Below, piece after piece: positions 21,193 to 32,224 of a stretch of 64,000 nucleotides of DNA (positions are counted from its first letter, which is position 1; every line of letters begins with the position of its first letter). The notes below the pieces were generated by a model, which saw nothing but the letters and a program-made list of their open reading frames with translations, made no database searches and was not told the origin of the DNA. The position numbers and the translations under genes are program-made. The stretch is from positions 2,734 through 66,733 of the forward strand of contig CAZIAH010000007.1 in NCBI GenBank assembly GCA_964537715.1, read 5' to 3'. This stretch comes from an uncultured bacterium. GTDB lineage: Bacteria; Zhuqueibacterota; QNDG01; DSAB01.

Positions 21193-22611
21193 TTATTTAA
21201 AATTATAATTCTTCTTGGGTAAACGATACGCCAAATCCACAATCATTTCTTCCGCTTCATCCAAATCGATCACATGTTCTGCCACCAGTTCCGCAAGATA
21301 TCTGGCATCGATACGACGGGCGAGATCATGCCGTGCCGGTATGGACGGAAAAGCACGCGTATCGTCGTTGAATCCGACCGTGTTGTAAATCCCTGCAGTT
21401 TCGGTGGTCATCCTGCGAAACCGGAGCATTCCTTCCCGACTGTCATTGAACCACCATGCCGGTCCCAGTTTCATCGCCGGATAATGCCCGGCCAGAGGAG
21501 CCAGTTCTCTCGAATAGACAGATTCATCTATGGTAAAAACAATGAGATTTAAATTGGCATGATTCCCGTATTTGTTGAGGAGTGGTTTCAGATTATTGAC
21601 ATAATTCGTCGAAACAGGAATATCGCATCCCTTATCCGGTCCGAAGCGATCCATGATCTTTTTATTATGATTTCTATAAACACCGGCATGGATTTGCATG
21701 GTCATTCCATCTTCGATACTCATTCTCGCCATTTCCATAAGCATGTGTCCAGTAAACCTTTTGGCATCGTCAGGAATGACTTTACTTTTTTGCGCCTTGC
21801 TAAAAAGGCGTTCTGCTTCCGATTGATTCAGATCGACGGTATATGCAGAATAGACGCCGTGATCCGTGGAAGTGGCGCCCATTTCCTTGAAAAAACCTCT
21901 CCGTTTCTCAAGCGCCTCAATATACCCTCGATAGGTTGAACAATCGATTCCGCTGATCTCCGACAACTTATCAATATTCTTTCGCCAATTTCTATTCATT
22001 ATATCGATCGAGCGATCCGGACGAAAGGCGGGAATAATCTTTCCATCCCATCCGCTTTTTCGGATTTTTTGATGAGCCTCGAGCGTATCTTCGGGTGCAT
22101 CGGTTGTGCTTAATATTTCGATATTAAAACGTTTGAACATCTCCCTGGGATGATTTTCCTGTTTTTTTAATACTTCACAAATCTGATCATAAATTTCCAT
22201 GGCCGTGTTACTGTTCAATCGTTTTTTGACTCCGAACACATCGTGCATCTCGTGTTTCAACCACATGCCGGTCGGCGTTCCTCGGAAAAGATAAAAATGA
22301 TCGGCCACGCTCTGCCAGATTTTCCGTGGATCTTTCTCTGTTTCACCTCCGTCAATTCGTGGAATTCCCAGCGATTCCATGGAAACACCCTGTGAATAGA
22401 ACATTCTGAAGAGGTAGTGATCCGGAATGACAAGCAATTCCGTGGGATCGGGAAAAGGTTTGTTTTCTGTAAACAAATCCGGATTAACATGCCCGTGCGG
22501 ACAAATCAACGGGAGAGCTTTGACTTTTGAATAAAGCTGCCGGGCGATTCTTTTTTCTTTTGGATTGGAACTGAAATAACGGTCGCTATGCAGATTTAAG
22601 TTGTCTTTCAT
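21193..22611 (-). CDS. uxaC: Glucuronate (uronate) isomerase
   Basis: CPHGH, PDHYLFR, AFRPD, GPAWWFND, FNDDTRAFPSIPARHD. Confidence 0.95.
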   Translation of the reverse strand: MKDNLNLHSDRYFSSNPKEKRIARQLYSKVKALPLICPHGHVNPDLFTENKPFPDPTELLVIPDHYLFRMFYSQGVSMESLGIPRIDGGETEKDPRKIWQSVADHFYLFRGTPTGMWLKHEMHDVFGVKKRLNSNTAMEIYDQICEVLKKQENHPREMFKRFNIEILSTTDAPEDTLEAHQKIRKSGWDGKIIPAFRPDRSIDIMNRNWRKNIDKLSEISGIDCSTYRGYIEALEKRRGFFKEMGATSTDHGVYSAYTVDLNQSEAERLFSKAQKSKVIPDDAKRFTGHMLMEMARMSIEDGMTMQIHAGVYRNHNKKIMDRFGPDKGCDIPVSTNYVNNLKPLLNKYGNHANLNLIVFTIDESVYSRELAPLAGHYPAMKLGPAWWFNDSREGMLRFRRMTTETAGIYNTVGFNDDTRAFPSIPARHDLARRIDARYLAELVAEHVIDLDEAEEMIVDLAYRLPKKNYNFK

Positions 22612-22867
22612 TGGCCAATCTTTCTTGTGTTAAACTGAAGTATACCAGTAATAAAAACAGGGACAAAAATAACGGCAGGATATTGTAACAATCGAATGAC
22701 AAGTGTGTTTCAGCAAGATTAAACTTTGACTCAAAAATTGTGTGGTATCCATTTTTAGAACCACTATAAAATCCGATTTTTTCAGCTAAAAGTCAAGTTG
22801 ATTTTTATGAATTAAACGACAAAATCGAATCCGCTTTTCCCAGTTGTCAAAAATATTCGCATTTATC

Positions 22868-22896
22868 TTGACAATCGATTGTGAGCCTTTTATATT
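22868..22896 (+). promoter_or_regulatory. Sigma70-like promoter of ychF
   Basis: TTGACA-N17-TATATT. Confidence 0.7.
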
Positions 22897-22922
22897 GTTT
22901 CAATTAATAATAGGGGAAAATC

Positions 22923-24011
22923 ATGGGATTCAATTGCGGCTTGGTTGGTTTGCCCAATGCCGGAAAATCGACCATCTTCAATGCAATCACCAATCTCGGC
23001 GTAGAAGCATCTGCCTATCCGTTTTGCACAATCGGACCGCATACGGGCATTGTTTTGCTCGATGACGTTCACTTGGATTCGGTCCATGAATTGATCGGTT
23101 CGGCAAAAAAAACACCGACCACTCTGGAATTTGTCGATATTGCCGGCCTGGTCAAAGGTGCCAGCAAAGGCGAAGGATTGGGAAATCAGTTCCTTTCCCA
23201 CATCGGAAGCGTCGATGCCATTGCCCACGTCGTGCGTTGTTTTGAAGATGAAAATGTTTCCCACCCTTATGGAGATCTGGATCCGGTGAGAGACGCCCGA
23301 ACCGTCACTGCCGAATTGATTCTCAAAGATATCGAAATCGTTGAAAGGCGTTTGTTGAAAGTTCGGACTTCTGCAAAAAGCGGAGAGCCGCAGGCCAGAA
23401 AAATCGCAGCCGCCCTGGAACCGATACTGGAATCCCTTTCATCCGAAAAAGAAATTCGTCATTTGTTCCTTGATGAAGTTCAAAATAGTCTAATTCGGGA
23501 AACGAATTTACTGACCGCCAAACCCGTTATTTTCATTGCTAATGTTGATGAGACCCATCTCAAAGAAAGCCCACTTGTCCAGTCGCTTTCCGAACATGCC
23601 CATCAGGTTCAAGCACCCTGTGTACCATTCTGCGGCAAAGCACAGTCTGAAATCGCCGAACTGGATCAGAAAGATCAATTGGAATTTTTACAGGCCATGG
23701 GTCTGGATGAAACCGGACTACAAAAAATTGTGAAAGCGGGATACGAGGTTTTGGATTTAATTACATTCTTCACAGCCAATGAGAAAGAGGCTCACGCCTG
23801 GACCATTCCAGCAGGAACTCCCGTGCAGAAAGCTGCTGGAAAAGTGCATACCGATTTTGAAAAGAGATTCATCAAAGCGGATGTGATCAAAGTCGAAGAC
23901 TTAAAACAGCACGGTTCGACCAAAATCTTGCACGATCTGGGTCTTGTGGCCGTTCACGGGAAAGATTATATTGTCGAAGATGGAGATTTGATCCTGTTTC
24001 ACATACGTTAA
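22923..24011 (+). CDS. ychF: Redox-regulated ATPase YchF
   Basis: GLPNAGKST, YPFCTI, DIAGLVKGASKGEGLGNQFL, TGS-type C-terminus. Confidence 0.92.
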   Translation: MGFNCGLVGLPNAGKSTIFNAITNLGVEASAYPFCTIGPHTGIVLLDDVHLDSVHELIGSAKKTPTTLEFVDIAGLVKGASKGEGLGNQFLSHIGSVDAIAHVVRCFEDENVSHPYGDLDPVRDARTVTAELILKDIEIVERRLLKVRTSAKSGEPQARKIAAALEPILESLSSEKEIRHLFLDEVQNSLIRETNLLTAKPVIFIANVDETHLKESPLVQSLSEHAHQVQAPCVPFCGKAQSEIAELDQKDQLEFLQAMGLDETGLQKIVKAGYEVLDLITFFTANEKEAHAWTIPAGTPVQKAAGKVHTDFEKRFIKADVIKVEDLKQHGSTKILHDLGLVAVHGKDYIVEDGDLILFHIR

Positions 24012-24045
24012 AGTTTCTTCTTTCTTCTAAATTATCCTCAATAGA

Positions 24046-24561
24046 TTATTGTTCAATCCAAATATATTTATTATCAAATGTTGACCTTGCCATAAAATTT
24101 ATGCTATCTTTTTTATTGAAACAAAGATATTTATAATGTACAACAATATATAAATTTATTGATTCATAATTTGTTTTTTCAAGATATAAGGATTGTTCAA
24201 TGCTGATCGTTGTTTTCCTATTTGGTTCAATATTCGAAATTTTATGTGGCGCCAAAAAGTGAGCATTAGTAAATGTAGTTTTGTTACATAATTGCATAAA
24301 AGGAATATTATAGTAATATGTTATATTTTTCAATTTCAATTTGCTTTTGTTTTCTATTAAAAATTGTTGCTTAAAAGGATTATAGGGATCAAGGGAAATT
24401 GATGGATAAATATTGACACGTGGCCAAAATGAATAAATTGCAATTAGAAAACCAATTAATGCAATGATTCTCCAAAACCAAGAAAAAGATGTGATATTTC
24501 GTTTCTTTGTTAAATGCCTACTAACTTTTTTGGCTCTTCTTTTAAGAATTTTTGGACACAT
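24046..24561 (-). CDS. Hypothetical single-pass membrane protein (AT-rich)
   Basis: 171-codon ORF from ATG 24561 in very AT-rich DNA; basic N-terminus then one TM segment (WFWRIIALIGFLIAIYSFW). Confidence 0.6.
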   Translation of the reverse strand: MCPKILKRRAKKVSRHLTKKRNITSFSWFWRIIALIGFLIAIYSFWPRVNIYPSISLDPYNPFKQQFLIENKSKLKLKNITYYYNIPFMQLCNKTTFTNAHFLAPHKISNIEPNRKTTISIEQSLYLEKTNYESINLYIVVHYKYLCFNKKDSINFMARSTFDNKYIWIEQ

Positions 24562-24600
24562 TTTACTATTAAAATTAAGGATTATATAACACAAACGTTG

Positions 24601-25869
24601 CTATATTCTCTCCAGTGCCCTGTGGCCGATATCTCGCCGGTAATAGGCCATATCGAATGTGATTTTCCCGATGGCTTCATAACCCTTTTTGATGGCCGAC
24701 TGGATCGAATCATCCACGGCAGTGACGCCAAGCACACGTCCGCCGGAAGTCACCACTTCCCCATTTTTTATTTTCGTCCCGGCATGAAAAACCATAATTT
24801 CATCGGAAACGGCATCCAGTCCTCGAATGACTTTCCCCTTTTCATAACTGCCCGGATAACCTCCGGATGCCATGACCACACAAACCGCCGCTTTGTTTTT
24901 TATTTTGATCGAATCTTCGCTCAACCGTCCGTCAAGACAGGCTTGAATCGATACCACCAGATCCGTATCCAGCAGCGGGAGAATGGCCTGTATTTCGGGA
25001 TCACCAAACCGGCAGTTGAATTCGAGCACCTTGGGTCCCTCGCGCGTAAACATCAGCCCCGCATAAAGCACGCCGTAATAAGGCCTTCCCTCTTTTTTCA
25101 TTCCGTGAATCGTCGGGATTAATATTTTTTCTTTTACGACATCTAACATTTTCGAAGTCACCACCGGGGCGGGTGCATAAGCACCCATTCCGCCTGTATT
25201 CGGTCCCGTATCCCCTTCAAAAATCGCTTTGTGATCTTGAGCAGTTGGAAGTGTAACGAGCCGCTCTCCATCCGTAATCGCCAGCACGGATGCCTCTTCT
25301 CCGACCAGACACTCTTCGATAATGAGAGAGTTCCCAGCATCTCCAAATTCCCTATTTTTTAAAATCCGTTCGGCGCCCTCGAAGGCTTCGGTTCGGCTGT
25401 GACAGACCAGCACCCCCTTACCCGCCGCCAGTCCGTCCGCCTTTAAAACCAGTGGGGATTCTTTTTCATGAATGTACTGAACGGCCTCTTTGTATTTTGT
25501 GAATACACGATACTCCGCAGAGGGAATATTGTATTTTGCCATTAGATCTTTTGTAAATCGTTTGCTGCCTTCGATTTCAGCGGCTTTTTTATTCGGGCCA
25601 AAAATTTTCAATCCGGCTTTTTCAAACTGATCCACAATGCCCATGGTGAGCGGAAGTTCGGGCCCAACGACTGTCAGATCGATTCGATTCTTTTTTGCAA
25701 AACGGATCAGTCCTTTAATATCCGTCGGCGCGATATCGGCACATTCCGCAATTTGGGCAATGCCGCCGTTTCCCGGTGCGCAGTAGAGTTTTTCAACCAT
25801 CGGACTTTGATTGATCTTCCATACGAGTGCGTGTTCACGTCCCCCGTTTCCGATAACAAGAATTTTCAT
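24601..25869 (-). CDS. purD: Phosphoribosylamine--glycine ligase
   Basis: [42 protein letters not shown]. Confidence 0.97.
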   Translation of the reverse strand: MKILVIGNGGREHALVWKINQSPMVEKLYCAPGNGGIAQIAECADIAPTDIKGLIRFAKKNRIDLTVVGPELPLTMGIVDQFEKAGLKIFGPNKKAAEIEGSKRFTKDLMAKYNIPSAEYRVFTKYKEAVQYIHEKESPLVLKADGLAAGKGVLVCHSRTEAFEGAERILKNREFGDAGNSLIIEECLVGEEASVLAITDGERLVTLPTAQDHKAIFEGDTGPNTGGMGAYAPAPVVTSKMLDVVKEKILIPTIHGMKKEGRPYYGVLYAGLMFTREGPKVLEFNCRFGDPEIQAILPLLDTDLVVSIQACLDGRLSEDSIKIKNKAAVCVVMASGGYPGSYEKGKVIRGLDAVSDEIMVFHAGTKIKNGEVVTSGGRVLGVTAVDDSIQSAIKKGYEAIGKITFDMAYYRRDIGHRALERI

Positions 25870-27884
25870 TTTTTTCTCCTCGACTGTGGATAGGCTGCTT
25901 TCTTTGGCTTCATTCCCTTGAGTGCCTCGATCTCATCCCGGAGTTCGGCCGCTCTCTCAAAATCGAGACGTTTGGCCGCGGCCAACATTTCCGTTTCAAG
26001 TTTTTCGGACAATTCTTCCCGTTCCATTTTGGAGAGATAATCATATTTTTTTTCAGAGACGACTTTCGGTACTTTCACATCAGCAACCGATGTCGCAGAA
26101 AGAATTTCCTCCACGGATTTGTAGATTGTTTCGGGTGTGATGCCGTGCGTTTCGTTATACTGCTTTTGAATCTCCCTTCGGCGATTGGTTTCCCGAATAA
26201 ATCTTTCCATGGAATCGGTCATTTTATCCGCATAGAGAATCACAGTTCCGTCCACGTTTCTGGCCGCGCGACCGGCCGTCTGGATGAGCGATCGTTCCGA
26301 GCGGAGAAATCCTTCCTTGTCCGCATCGAGAATTGCCACCAGCGAGACTTCGGGGAGATCCAGTCCTTCGCGTAGCAGATTGATTCCGACCAGCACATCG
26401 AAATCGGCTAACCGAAGTCCGCGAAGAATTTCAACTCGATCCAGCGCTTCGATTTCTGAATGGAGATAACGCACACGAATTTCCAGTTCATTCAGGTAAT
26501 CCGCCAGATCCTCAGACATACGTTTGGTCAGCGTGGTTACCAAAACTCGTTCTTTCCGTTTAACTCGTTTTCGAATCTCAGCGATGAGATCATCGATCTG
26601 TCCCTCTGTCGGACGGACAATTACCTGAGGATCCATAAGTCCGGTAGGCCGAATGATCTGTTCGATCACTACTCCCCCGCATTGTTCCAGTTCATACTCG
26701 GCCGGTGTGGCGGACACAAAAATCGTCTGATGGATCATGGCTTCGAATTCATCGAATTTCAGGGGCCGGTTGTCCAGTGCCGAAGGCAGACGGAACCCGT
26801 GCTCGACGAGCGTTTTTTTTCTGGATTGATCGCCGTTGTACATACCCCGAATCTGGGGAATCGTCATGTGGGATTCATCGATGATCAATAGAAAATCTTC
26901 CGGGAAATAATCGATTAGGCAACTGGGGCGTTCTCCGGCTTTTCTCCCGGAAAGATGGCGTGAATAATTTTCGACTCCCGAACAGTATCCGATTTCCTGC
27001 ATCATTTCGATATCGTAGTGGGTGCGGCTCTCAAGCCGCTGGGCTTCTAACAGTTTGTCTTGTGAACGATAGAGTTCCAACTGCTCTTTCAGCTCCTGCT
27101 GAATCAGTTGAATTGCCGCCTCCAATTTGGGATAGGTGGTCACAAAATGTTTTGCCGGATAAATTGCCACTTTCTCTTTTTCTTCGAGCACCTCCCCAGT
27201 CAGTGGATCGACCACGGAAATCCCTTCGATTTGATCACCCCACATTTCTACGCGAACCGGCTTCTCATCGTACGCGGGAAAAATTTCGAGCACATCTCCA
27301 CGCACCCGGAATGTTCCCCGGTGAAAATCAACGTCGTTCCTTGTATAATGAATATCGATCAGACTTTCCAGCATCTTTCGGCGTTCGATGGTTTTGTTTT
27401 TTTCGATGAAAACGAGAAGTTCTTTGAAATCCTGAGGCGATCCCAGATTGTATATGCAGGAAACCGACGCCACGATAATCACATCGTTTCTCGAAAGAAG
27501 CGAACTCGTCGCTTTCAAACGGAGACGATCGATCTCGTCGTTGATCGAAGTATCTTTTTCGATATAGGTATCCGTGGAAGGAATGTAAGCTTCGGGTTGA
27601 TAATAATCATAATAACTGATAAAATACTCAACCGCATTGTGCGGGAAAAAACCTTTCAGCTCGCCGTAAAGCTGGGCCGCAAGTGTCTTGTTGTGAGAAA
27701 TAACCAGTGTTGGTTTTTGTACATTGGCAATTACATTGGCAATGGTGAATGTTTTGCCCGAACCGGTCACGCCAAGCAATGTCTGGAAACGGTCTGCCCT
27801 TTTCAGTCCTGCCGTGAGTTCCTCGATAGCTGCAGGCTGATCTCCTTCGGGTTGGTAATCCGAAACAAGTTGAAATATCGACAT
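25866..27884 (-). CDS. uvrB: Excinuclease ABC subunit B
   Basis: [23 protein letters not shown]-terminal UVR domain. Confidence 0.97.
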   Translation of the reverse strand: MSIFQLVSDYQPEGDQPAAIEELTAGLKRADRFQTLLGVTGSGKTFTIANVIANVQKPTLVISHNKTLAAQLYGELKGFFPHNAVEYFISYYDYYQPEAYIPSTDTYIEKDTSINDEIDRLRLKATSSLLSRNDVIIVASVSCIYNLGSPQDFKELLVFIEKNKTIERRKMLESLIDIHYTRNDVDFHRGTFRVRGDVLEIFPAYDEKPVRVEMWGDQIEGISVVDPLTGEVLEEKEKVAIYPAKHFVTTYPKLEAAIQLIQQELKEQLELYRSQDKLLEAQRLESRTHYDIEMMQEIGYCSGVENYSRHLSGRKAGERPSCLIDYFPEDFLLIIDESHMTIPQIRGMYNGDQSRKKTLVEHGFRLPSALDNRPLKFDEFEAMIHQTIFVSATPAEYELEQCGGVVIEQIIRPTGLMDPQVIVRPTEGQIDDLIAEIRKRVKRKERVLVTTLTKRMSEDLADYLNELEIRVRYLHSEIEALDRVEILRGLRLADFDVLVGINLLREGLDLPEVSLVAILDADKEGFLRSERSLIQTAGRAARNVDGTVILYADKMTDSMERFIRETNRRREIQKQYNETHGITPETIYKSVEEILSATSVADVKVPKVVSEKKYDYLSKMEREELSEKLETEMLAAAKRLDFERAAELRDEIEALKGMKPKKAAYPQSRRKK

Positions 27885-27914
27885 AGTAAAAACCCAAATT
27901 TGACTGAGTGATTT

Positions 27915-27943
27915 AATTTACACCGCAAGTCGCTGAAAGTCAA
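27915..27943 (-). promoter_or_regulatory. Sigma70-like promoter of uvrB
   Basis: TTGACT-N17-TAAATT. Confidence 0.6.
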
Positions 27944-27969
27944 GGAATGATTCCGTTCCGTAAATCACC

Positions 27970-29263
27970 CATTGCCTCAAAATAAAATGTAACCGAAACA
28001 GTTATAGGATTTGTTTATTATTAACGAGATTAATAATGTTTTTGATTTTGTTTTCCATTTGTTTTTGTAAGTAAAACGGATTCAGTGTTAAAAATAATTC
28101 AGTTAGTTTTCGTTTTGTGTGATCACTGATATAATCAGACTGGATTAACCTTTGATACGGTGTTTTTGGCAGATCGTGCATTTTAACGGTTTTAGACCCA
28201 ACACGTAGTTTATGAATCAACTTCACAGATGGGATGAAAAAGTTGAAGTAGAGGTTCCATTCATTTAGATAGAGATCATTCATCAGATCAACCAGTTTTG
28301 GATTATCGAAGCGTTGATAACCGAGATACTGTCTGATATGTGTCCAGTTTTTGTTTTCAATGTGAGCGTTGTCATTTTTGTAATAAGGTCTTGATCTAGT
28401 AAATTGCACAGGCCTTTTTCTTTTTGTTAAATGTTTGATCAGGTGCCAATTTAAGAATTCAGAACCGTTATCGCAATCAAAACCTTTGATGGGGAAAGGC
28501 AGATGGGTTTCAATGTTTTCAATTTGTTCTACAATTCCTTTTTCTCCTTTTCCCCAGCAAGCTCTCTGTTCAGTCCATCCAGAGGCGATATCGACGCAAT
28601 TGAGGCTATAAACAAACATTCCAGCCACAGAAGTTCCGCAATGAGCGACTGTATCGGCCTCGAGAAATCCGGGACAGTTTTCATTCCATTGTCCGGTTTT
28701 GACAGGAATATGTTTTTTGATCAAAGCACCGGGTTTTGTAGTTGCCAAACCGAGTTTATTAAACTTTGCCCTCTGGGGTGCCATGAGACGATCAATAGTA
28801 GCAGTTGAAATATTCAGGAGTTTGTTCTTGACATCGTCTGGCAATCTCTGTTTGTCATAGAAAGGTAACCATAGAGCAATAATAGCCTTGAGCCTTTTTG
28901 AACATGGGAGATTGGTAGCTACCCAAATGTTCCTTAATGTTTGATCAATAAGAATGTGATTATAGATTTTCTTTCGTCCTCTTTTAGAGAGATTTTCAGG
29001 AGAGTTGACAGGTTTTGTTGAATTGAGAATACGAATAGCATATTTTCGATTATAACCGCAAGTGATGCAGAATTCATCCAAAACTCTTTTCTTGTCCGAT
29101 TTGGAAGCAGCTTGATACCTTGGTCTGATTGTTTGAAGATATTCTTTCTTGGTTTGAGTGCCCATAATAAATCACCTTTTGTTCGGTTACATTTATTATG
29201 AGGCAATGACTCGTTTTCAAAAAAGTTCATCTTTCCCAAAGTTACTTTATTTATGAGTCAATC
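27970..29263 (-). mobile_element. Insertion sequence with DDE (rve-type) transposase, ISNCY-like; exact ends uncertain
   Basis: Motif GTTAC-(AT-rich 9-10 nt)-GAG(G/T)CAAT occurs inverted at 27970-27993 and direct at 29186-29208 and 29241-29263. AT-richer than flanks. Sits between divergent uvrB and ppiD-like genes. Confidence 0.82.
28002..29165 (-). CDS. DDE integrase-core transposase
   Basis: N-terminal HTH-like region (LDEFC...GYNRKYAIR); candidate catalytic triad in EADTV, DCDNGSEF and NDNAHIE. Confidence 0.88.
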   Translation of the reverse strand: MGTQTKKEYLQTIRPRYQAASKSDKKRVLDEFCITCGYNRKYAIRILNSTKPVNSPENLSKRGRKKIYNHILIDQTLRNIWVATNLPCSKRLKAIIALWLPFYDKQRLPDDVKNKLLNISTATIDRLMAPQRAKFNKLGLATTKPGALIKKHIPVKTGQWNENCPGFLEADTVAHCGTSVAGMFVYSLNCVDIASGWTEQRACWGKGEKGIVEQIENIETHLPFPIKGFDCDNGSEFLNWHLIKHLTKRKRPVQFTRSRPYYKNDNAHIENKNWTHIRQYLGYQRFDNPKLVDLMNDLYLNEWNLYFNFFIPSVKLIHKLRVGSKTVKMHDLPKTPYQRLIQSDYISDHTKRKLTELFLTLNPFYLQKQMENKIKNIINLVNNKQIL

Positions 29264-29301
29264 CGATCATAGGAAATTCGAACCGAACTGTTCTTTTCAT
29301 C

Positions 29302-29330
29302 TTGATTTTTGTATCCCGATAAGTTATATT
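29302..29330 (+). promoter_or_regulatory. Sigma70-like promoter of the PPIase gene
   Basis: TTGATT-N17-TATATT. Confidence 0.55.
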
Positions 29331-29387
29331 TAAATTTAAAATTTCGACACAGATGATTTTTCGAATAATAAAGGAGAAATCCCCACC

Positions 29388-31208
29388 ATGATGAAAACAT
29401 TAAGAAAATATATGCGTCACATATTATGGATCGTTGCCGTTTCTTTTATTCTGACCATCGTATTCAGCTGGGGGATGGGTGGGTTCAAAAACCGAACGAA
29501 TCATACGCGAAGTGGAATTATCGGAACCATTGACGGTCAGAAGATACATTACCAGCAATTTGTTCAAATCTATCAGCAGGAACTGGATCGCGCCAAGCAA
29601 CAGTCCGGTGATGATCAAGAATTAAGTGAATATCAGGTTCAACGTATTCGAGATGACGTGTGGCATACTCTGGTGCAGGATATTTTAATGTCTAAAGAAA
29701 TCCGCCGCCGCCATATTCAGGTTACTCCCGAAGAAGTGGTTTATTATATGCGGAACAATCCTCCTGATTTTGTTAAAAATCACGAACAATTTCAGACAGA
29801 CGGCCAGTTTGATTTGAAGAAATACCGCGAGGCACTGAGTGATCCGAGAAACTACAATGCATGGATTCCCGTTGAAAATTATTTTAAGGGATTGTTACCG
29901 CTTCAAAAACTCCAGCAGCAGATCATTTCAACCGTGCGCGTATCCGACGGTGAAATGTTCGATTATTATAAAATGAACAATGAAAAAGTCAAAGTGCAGT
30001 ATCTCTATTTCGACCCGGAACAATTTAAGCTCGATAACAAAGAAATCACAGATGATGCGGTACGGCAATATTACAGCGCACATAAAAATGAGTATGATCA
30101 ACCTGAAATGCGGAAACTTCAGTATATCAAATTCGAAATTAAACCTTCCCAGGAAGATACTCTGCAAACGATCGAAACTGCACAATATATCATCAACGAA
30201 CTTCACTCTGGGAGCAATTTTGAAGAACTCGCTCAGGATTTTTCAAAAGATCCAGGCAGTGCGTCAAAGGGAGGCGATCTGGGATTCATCAGCAGGGGAA
30301 CTATGGTGAAACCGTTCGAAGATGCTATATTTTCTGCTAAAGTAGGTTCCATTATTGGCCCCGTTAAAACCCAGTTCGGGCTGCATGTAATCGAGATTCT
30401 GGCCCGTAAAACCGAGAATGGTGAAACCCAGGTACATGCACGTCATATTTTGTTGAAATACGAAGTGAGTTCTGAGACGCATGAAAACATCAGTGAAAAG
30501 GCCCAAGCTTTTTACAACGAATTGACGGAAAATAAAAAAGCCACGTTTCAATCCCTTGCCGAAGGAAACAAGTATCAAATTGAGGAAACGCCGCTATTCA
30601 GAAAGGGCGGATTCATTCCCGGCATAGGCGTGTCTGGCCGCATCAGTCATCTCGCTTTCAATAACCATGTTGGATGGGTCAGTGAGCCGGTACAAGCCGG
30701 AGAAACCATTTTCATAGTAAAGATATCCGTGATTCAAAAATCAGGTGTCAAGCCGCTTAACGATGTCAAACCCATGATTACCCGAATTCTCGAGAAACAG
30801 TATAAAAAAGAACTGGCAGGGGAAAAAGCTTTCGAAATCATGGAAGAAGTTCAAAACGGAGCCGATTTGCAAACAGCAGCACATGAAAACAATCTGGAAA
30901 TTCATGAGACGAATTATTTCACGCTGGAGGGTAATATTGAGAAAATTGGCCGGGATCCAAAATTCTCTGGAACGGCATTCGGGCTTTCTCCGGGAGAAAT
31001 TTCACACCTTGTTGAGAGTGACCGTGGATATTATATTATTAAATTACTCGACCGTACAAAGATCCATGAATCTCTGTTCAAATCGGAAAAAGAAAACATT
31101 CGCCAGCAGCTGCTTAAACAGAAACAGCAGCAAATTTATACCGCCTGGGTCAAAAATCTGGAAGATAAAGCAAAAATTGAAGATTATCGAGATGAATATT
31201 TTTACTAA
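29388..31208 (+). CDS. PpiD-like membrane-anchored parvulin PPIase/chaperone (SurA N-terminal domain)
   Basis: N-terminal TM; FEELAQDFSKDPGSASKGGDLG, MVKPFE, KTQFGLHVI, HARHIL. Confidence 0.88.
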   Translation: MMKTLRKYMRHILWIVAVSFILTIVFSWGMGGFKNRTNHTRSGIIGTIDGQKIHYQQFVQIYQQELDRAKQQSGDDQELSEYQVQRIRDDVWHTLVQDILMSKEIRRRHIQVTPEEVVYYMRNNPPDFVKNHEQFQTDGQFDLKKYREALSDPRNYNAWIPVENYFKGLLPLQKLQQQIISTVRVSDGEMFDYYKMNNEKVKVQYLYFDPEQFKLDNKEITDDAVRQYYSAHKNEYDQPEMRKLQYIKFEIKPSQEDTLQTIETAQYIINELHSGSNFEELAQDFSKDPGSASKGGDLGFISRGTMVKPFEDAIFSAKVGSIIGPVKTQFGLHVIEILARKTENGETQVHARHILLKYEVSSETHENISEKAQAFYNELTENKKATFQSLAEGNKYQIEETPLFRKGGFIPGIGVSGRISHLAFNNHVGWVSEPVQAGETIFIVKISVIQKSGVKPLNDVKPMITRILEKQYKKELAGEKAFEIMEEVQNGADLQTAAHENNLEIHETNYFTLEGNIEKIGRDPKFSGTAFGLSPGEISHLVESDRGYYIIKLLDRTKIHESLFKSEKENIRQQLLKQKQQQIYTAWVKNLEDKAKIEDYRDEYFY

Positions 31209-31241
31209 AGGAATTAAAATATCCGAATTATTTTCTGCGCA

Positions 31242-32201
31242 TTATTCTATCTGATTTTCATCGTCATAGATTGCTTCGATAATGTATGGGTCACGATTTC
31301 GCACCTGTGCGAGTGTACGCCATAAATATTCACCAATGATACCCAACATAAACATTTGCAATCCTCCCATAACCAGTATCACAATCATCAGCGGGGTCCA
31401 CCCTTCTACCTTTATTCTTCCAACCAGCTTGGCAATAAAGATATCCGCTGCATAGAGTAATCCCAACAGCGCAACCAGTATTCCAATACCGGAAATAAAA
31501 CGTATTGGAAGAAAAGAATAACTCATCACGCCATCGATCAGATATGTAAGCTTCTTTCCAAAAGTCCAGTGCGACCGGCCGTGTTTGCGCTTCAACCGCC
31601 GGTATTCGAGAATTTTCGGTTTAAACCCCAGATATAAGAGCTGTCCCTGCATGAAGGGATATGCTTCCTTTTTTCTTAACAGGAGTTCAAGTACTTTCCG
31701 ACTGAGCAGTGTAAAATCAAAACCGCCTGGAGGCATATTAGGAAAACTTAATCTTCGCATTAACGCATAAAACAGCTTCGAAGTTAAGATTCTGTACCAT
31801 GATTCGTCACGCCCGTGACGTGCACAGATCACAATTTCATAATGCTCTTTTAGATGTGCCTGAAGCATTTCATTGATCAGTTCGGGCGGATCTTGTCCGT
31901 CAGCAGACATTTTGACAATACATTTTCCTTTTGTATAGGATAATCCGGCCAAAAGTGCATTGACTTGTCCGAAATTTCGCGTGAGCTTGATTACTTTTAT
32001 AAGTTTTGAATTTTCTTGACGAAGTCGAAGCAATTCGTCGAACGATCCATCTCCCGAACCGTCATCGACAAAAATCACCTCAAATCGAAGCTCTGAATGA
32101 TGCTCGATAACGCTTTTATTTAACGAACTCACGATATCCGCCAAAGACCCCTCATTAAAATAGACGGGAATCACAATGGAACAATCAATTGTTGAACTCA
32201 C
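31242..32201 (-). CDS. GT2 polyprenol-phosphate glycosyltransferase (GtrB/ArnC-like)
   Basis: IVIPVYFNE, VDDGSGD, RNFGQ, SADGQDPPE, two C-terminal TM helices ending GIIGEYL. Confidence 0.88.
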   Translation of the reverse strand: MSSTIDCSIVIPVYFNEGSLADIVSSLNKSVIEHHSELRFEVIFVDDGSGDGSFDELLRLRQENSKLIKVIKLTRNFGQVNALLAGLSYTKGKCIVKMSADGQDPPELINEMLQAHLKEHYEIVICARHGRDESWYRILTSKLFYALMRRLSFPNMPPGGFDFTLLSRKVLELLLRKKEAYPFMQGQLLYLGFKPKILEYRRLKRKHGRSHWTFGKKLTYLIDGVMSYSFLPIRFISGIGILVALLGLLYAADIFIAKLVGRIKVEGWTPLMIVILVMGGLQMFMLGIIGEYLWRTLAQVRNRDPYIIEAIYDDENQIE

Positions 32202-32224
32202 AGCTTCACTCCTCTAATGTTCTT

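Noticed and set aside
24480-24600. Possible integron attC/cassette boundary (CAACGTT...GTTA) at the AT-rich ORF
   Set aside because: No paired R/L boxes or extended imperfect palindrome, and no integrase.
29186-29263. Two spaced direct repeats resembling a mini CRISPR array
   Set aside because: Only two imperfect copies plus an inverted third beyond the transposase, and no cas genes. Better explained as IS end motifs.
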